Assembly: GCA_021818445.1 (NCBI GenBank)
Contig: JAKAEB010000011.1
Coordinates: 2,269-66,268 of the forward strand
Source: Planctomycetota bacterium
GTDB lineage: Bacteria; Planctomycetota; Phycisphaerae; WQYP01
Reading direction: 5' to 3'
DNA: 64,000 nt
The translations under genes were made by a program, and so were the position numbers. The first letter of the stretch is position 1. Every line of letters starts with the position of its first letter. This document shows positions 59,811-64,000 of the stretch, in pieces. The notes beneath the pieces were generated by a model. It was given only the letters and a program-made list of their open reading frames with translations. It was not told the origin of the DNA and made no database searches.

Positions 59811-60113
59811 TTACCGCGTCACGACACCAAGAAGTTCACTCTCTTCCAGGATGACATACTTCTGGTCATCAATCTTGATTTCAGTTCCGGCATATTGGCC
59901 ATAGTAAACTTCATCGCCGATCGATACCGAAGGCGGAACCCGCTTGCCGCTGTCGAGCAACTTTCCGGGCCCGATGTGCAGCACCTTTCCGCGCGTCTGC
60001 TTTTCCTTGGCGCTTTCCGGCAACACGATGCCGCCGCTGGTGGTGCTCTCCGCTTCTGCGGGCTTGACGACAATTCGATCTTCCAAAGGTTTAATCTTCA
60101 TGCGTATCTCCAT
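59811..60113 (-). CDS. groES: co-chaperonin GroES
   Basis: MKIKPLEDRIVVKP...GGIVLPESAKEK mobile-loop region; 100 aa. Confidence 0.9.
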   Translation of the reverse strand: MEIRMKIKPLEDRIVVKPAEAESTTSGGIVLPESAKEKQTRGKVLHIGPGKLLDSGKRVPPSVSIGDEVYYGQYAGTEIKIDDQKYVILEESELLGVVTR

Positions 60114-60212
60114 TACAAATCGCAGCGCCCGATTTCCAGGCGACTATTCCCTATCAATTCAAACTGGGGGACGGATGCGGTGGCCCGATAAACCAACGTC
60201 ACCTCGGGCCAT

Positions 60213-61916
<1,704 letters not shown>

Positions 61917-62269
61917 TTATGTCGCCCCGCCATCTGCGGGCACTACCAAAACCGTAAACCACGTGCAAAGGGACACGCTTACTTCCTCGCGCACCCCCGC
62001 CGTCGGGCACGCACGTTCCTATGCAACCGCTATGCCAAGGCCAAAACAGGCTCCGCATATAAGATTGTAAGTTATTTATATTCATTATGTTATAGAATAT
62101 TTACGATGTTGATAAGCCGGTTGCGATGGGAGTGGCATCTCTGCCGCTGTGGCAGCATGTTAGCATGATCCGCCCCCAAGGATTGCCATAACGGCAGAGG
62201 TGATCGGGGGAGGATTTTGGCCAAATGTGAGGGGTGGTAATTTCGGGTACGAGCTTAAGGCCCATAGTG

Positions 62270-64000
62270 TCAAACGACCATGGGAAGTTTTTCGGGGCAG
62301 CGCAGCACCAGGCCGGGACGCCAGCGCAGAGATTCACCCGTCAGCACCGCACCGGGAAAACGACCGAAAAATGCCTGCAGGGCCATCTGCGCCTCGAGCT
62401 TGGCAAGCATGGCCCCCAGGCAGTAATGGATGCCAAAGCCAAAGGCGATATGCCTGTTCTCTGCGCGATCCACCTTAAATTGATCCGGGTCGGCAAACGC
62501 GGCCGGATCACGATTGGCGGCCCCGATGCCCGCGAGGATCAAATCGCCCCGGTGCACTCTCTGCCCGGCGACCTCCACATCCGTCATGGCTACGCGCCCC
62601 GTCCATTGAACGGGACTCTCAAACCGCAATATCTCTTCCACCGCCATGGCCATCGCCTTGCCATCCTGCATGGCAATGGCCCGCTGGGCAGGATGGCGAA
62701 CCAATAATAAAATACCATTGGTAATAAGGCTGGTGGTCGTCTCATGCCCCGCCATCAACAGCAGCATGCAATTGGCGATAAATTCCTCCTGAGGCAGATC
62801 GGCGGCATCCCCGTCCAGCAGTGCACCCAGCATCCCTTCATTGCTGCCGCGGGAGAGTTTCAGTTTCAGGTAATCACTGAATTCGGCGTAAGCTACGTCG
62901 GCCTGCGCCAGATCCTGCAAGGTGGAATGAATGCCAATCGCCGGTACCATGCGGTCGGACCAGGCCGACAGCACGGGGGCATCCGCATCCGGCAAGCCCA
63001 TCATGCGTGTTATGACGCTTGTAGGCAGCGGTCCGGAAAACATCTCGATCAGGTCAAACGTCCGCCGCGATGCCATTGCGTCAAGAAGGGATTGGATGAT
63101 TTCACCCATTTGGCGACGAATTAAATCCATTGAAACGGAATTAAATACACGCATAAACGCCGCTCGAATGCGGGTGTGGCGAGGAGGATCGGCAAAAAGC
63201 ATCATCGCCGGTAAACCGCGTTGACACTCAGGGGCACCGAGTTGCTTCCGCATGGCCGGTGGGAATGAATCAGATAGAAATGGGCCACGGCCAAATCGGG
63301 TATCTTTGATGACAAACTGCACATCGGCATAATTAACCGCGACAAACGCGGGCAACAGTGGATCAAGGGCAAAGGGACGCGCTTGCCGCAGGAACCGATA
63401 CATGCGAAATGGATCGGTGCGATAACCCGGATGAAGCAAACTTTTGCGAGCCAGCACCTTCCAGGGTATCCCGGCAAGAGCGGCAGCCGTTTTGAAGGAT
63501 GGAATCCGCGGCATCACGGGCCGAAAGGCACTGGCGGCCTCGAGGCCCAAAGCCCATCGCCGGCGCAAATTTGACTCCCTTTGCCATTTTCGCCAGCCAC
63601 GTTTAACTACGTCGAAAGTCAGCCCGGCTTCCTGCATGAGCCGCCCCACCGGCGAATTGCTTTCCGCCAGCGCCATTAGTAGATGCGAGGTTGAAATGTA
63701 TGATCGCCCCAACGATTGTGACAGTTTGCGGGTATGCGCGAGCAAATCCATCGTGGCGCGCGAAAATTTCAATTCGGCATTTGGGCCCGGCGGTTCATCC
63801 GATCTTGTCGCCGACATAAGGCGGCTTCGCAACGTGGAGATATCCACCCCGCTCTGTGCGATGATGTATTGTGCGCCACTGCGTTGGGAATCAATCAGCG
63901 CCAGCAGGAGATGATACGGCTCAACCAATGCCTGCGGGGCGGCAAATTTGGCGGCATCCTGCAAGATGTGACGGGTACGTGGCGGAAGTACGTCCCACAA
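62270..64000 (-). CDS. cytochrome P450 with N-terminal Clp_N (double Clp R-domain repeat) fusion; 5' partial (continues beyond window end)
   Basis: The C-terminal about 400 aa has the P450 I-helix AGHETTTSL, an ExxR-type K-helix motif (EEILRFESP) and the heme-ligand loop FGFGIHYCLGA. The N-terminal about 150 aa shows two Clp_N-like repeats (YHLLLALIDSQRSGAQYIIAQSGVDISTLRSRL; ISTSHLLMALAESNSPVGRLMQEAGLTFDVVKRG). One continuous ORF with no stop between the domains. Confidence 0.7.
   Translation of the reverse strand: MWDVLPPRTRHILQDAAKFAAPQALVEPYHLLLALIDSQRSGAQYIIAQSGVDISTLRSRLMSATRSDEPPGPNAELKFSRATMDLLAHTRKLSQSLGRSYISTSHLLMALAESNSPVGRLMQEAGLTFDVVKRGWRKWQRESNLRRRWALGLEAASAFRPVMPRIPSFKTAAALAGIPWKVLARKSLLHPGYRTDPFRMYRFLRQARPFALDPLLPAFVAVNYADVQFVIKDTRFGRGPFLSDSFPPAMRKQLGAPECQRGLPAMMLFADPPRHTRIRAAFMRVFNSVSMDLIRRQMGEIIQSLLDAMASRRTFDLIEMFSGPLPTSVITRMMGLPDADAPVLSAWSDRMVPAIGIHSTLQDLAQADVAYAEFSDYLKLKLSRGSNEGMLGALLDGDAADLPQEEFIANCMLLLMAGHETTTSLITNGILLLVRHPAQRAIAMQDGKAMAMAVEEILRFESPVQWTGRVAMTDVEVAGQRVHRGDLILAGIGAANRDPAAFADPDQFKVDRAENRHIAFGFGIHYCLGAMLAKLEAQMALQAFFGRFPGAVLTGESLRWRPGLVLRCPEKLPMVV

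Overview
This 64-kb window is GC-rich bacterial chromosome, mostly housekeeping genes, with two accessory patches. A DUF1559/H-X9-DG prepilin-like protein and a PEP-CTERM protein point to the Planctomycetes-Verrucomicrobia-Chlamydiae (PVC) superphylum, probably a planctomycete or verrucomicrobium; this is inference. Core genes recognised: panB, uppS, purA, a cbiX-like chelatase, nrdR, ptsI, a glmU-like-prs-rplY-pth operon, rpsF-ssb-rplI, lpdA, an ispD-like gene, a GT4 glycosyltransferase, mraZ-rsmH, ppa, a phosphohexomutase, a xylA plus sugar-porter pair, miaB, two sigma-70 family factors, a uvrD/pcrA helicase, a photolyase, yacG-fmdB-grpE-dnaJ, and a groEL-groES-groEL cluster. The most interesting region is a tRNA-fMet-adjacent accessory island (about 34.3-41.4 kb). 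It holds a DUF2075-type nuclease-plus-P-loop ATPase/helicase gene with a small membrane protein. It also holds a Type II restriction-modification module (C5-methyltransferase overlapping a putative endonuclease). That module is bracketed by about 190-bp imperfect direct repeats that duplicate the 3' end and terminator of ppa, a classic integration scar. Other notable items: the 3' end of an RHS polymorphic toxin with a Cys-rich C-terminal toxin domain and a candidate small membrane immunity gene at the left edge; a roughly 110-nt conserved intergenic element present in two copies; an FlgI-like lipoprotein fused to HEAT-like repeats; and a Clp_N domain fused to a cytochrome P450 at the right edge. 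No CRISPR array, integrase or transposase was seen. Gene starts are approximate (chosen from internal Met codons and RBS-like motifs by eye).
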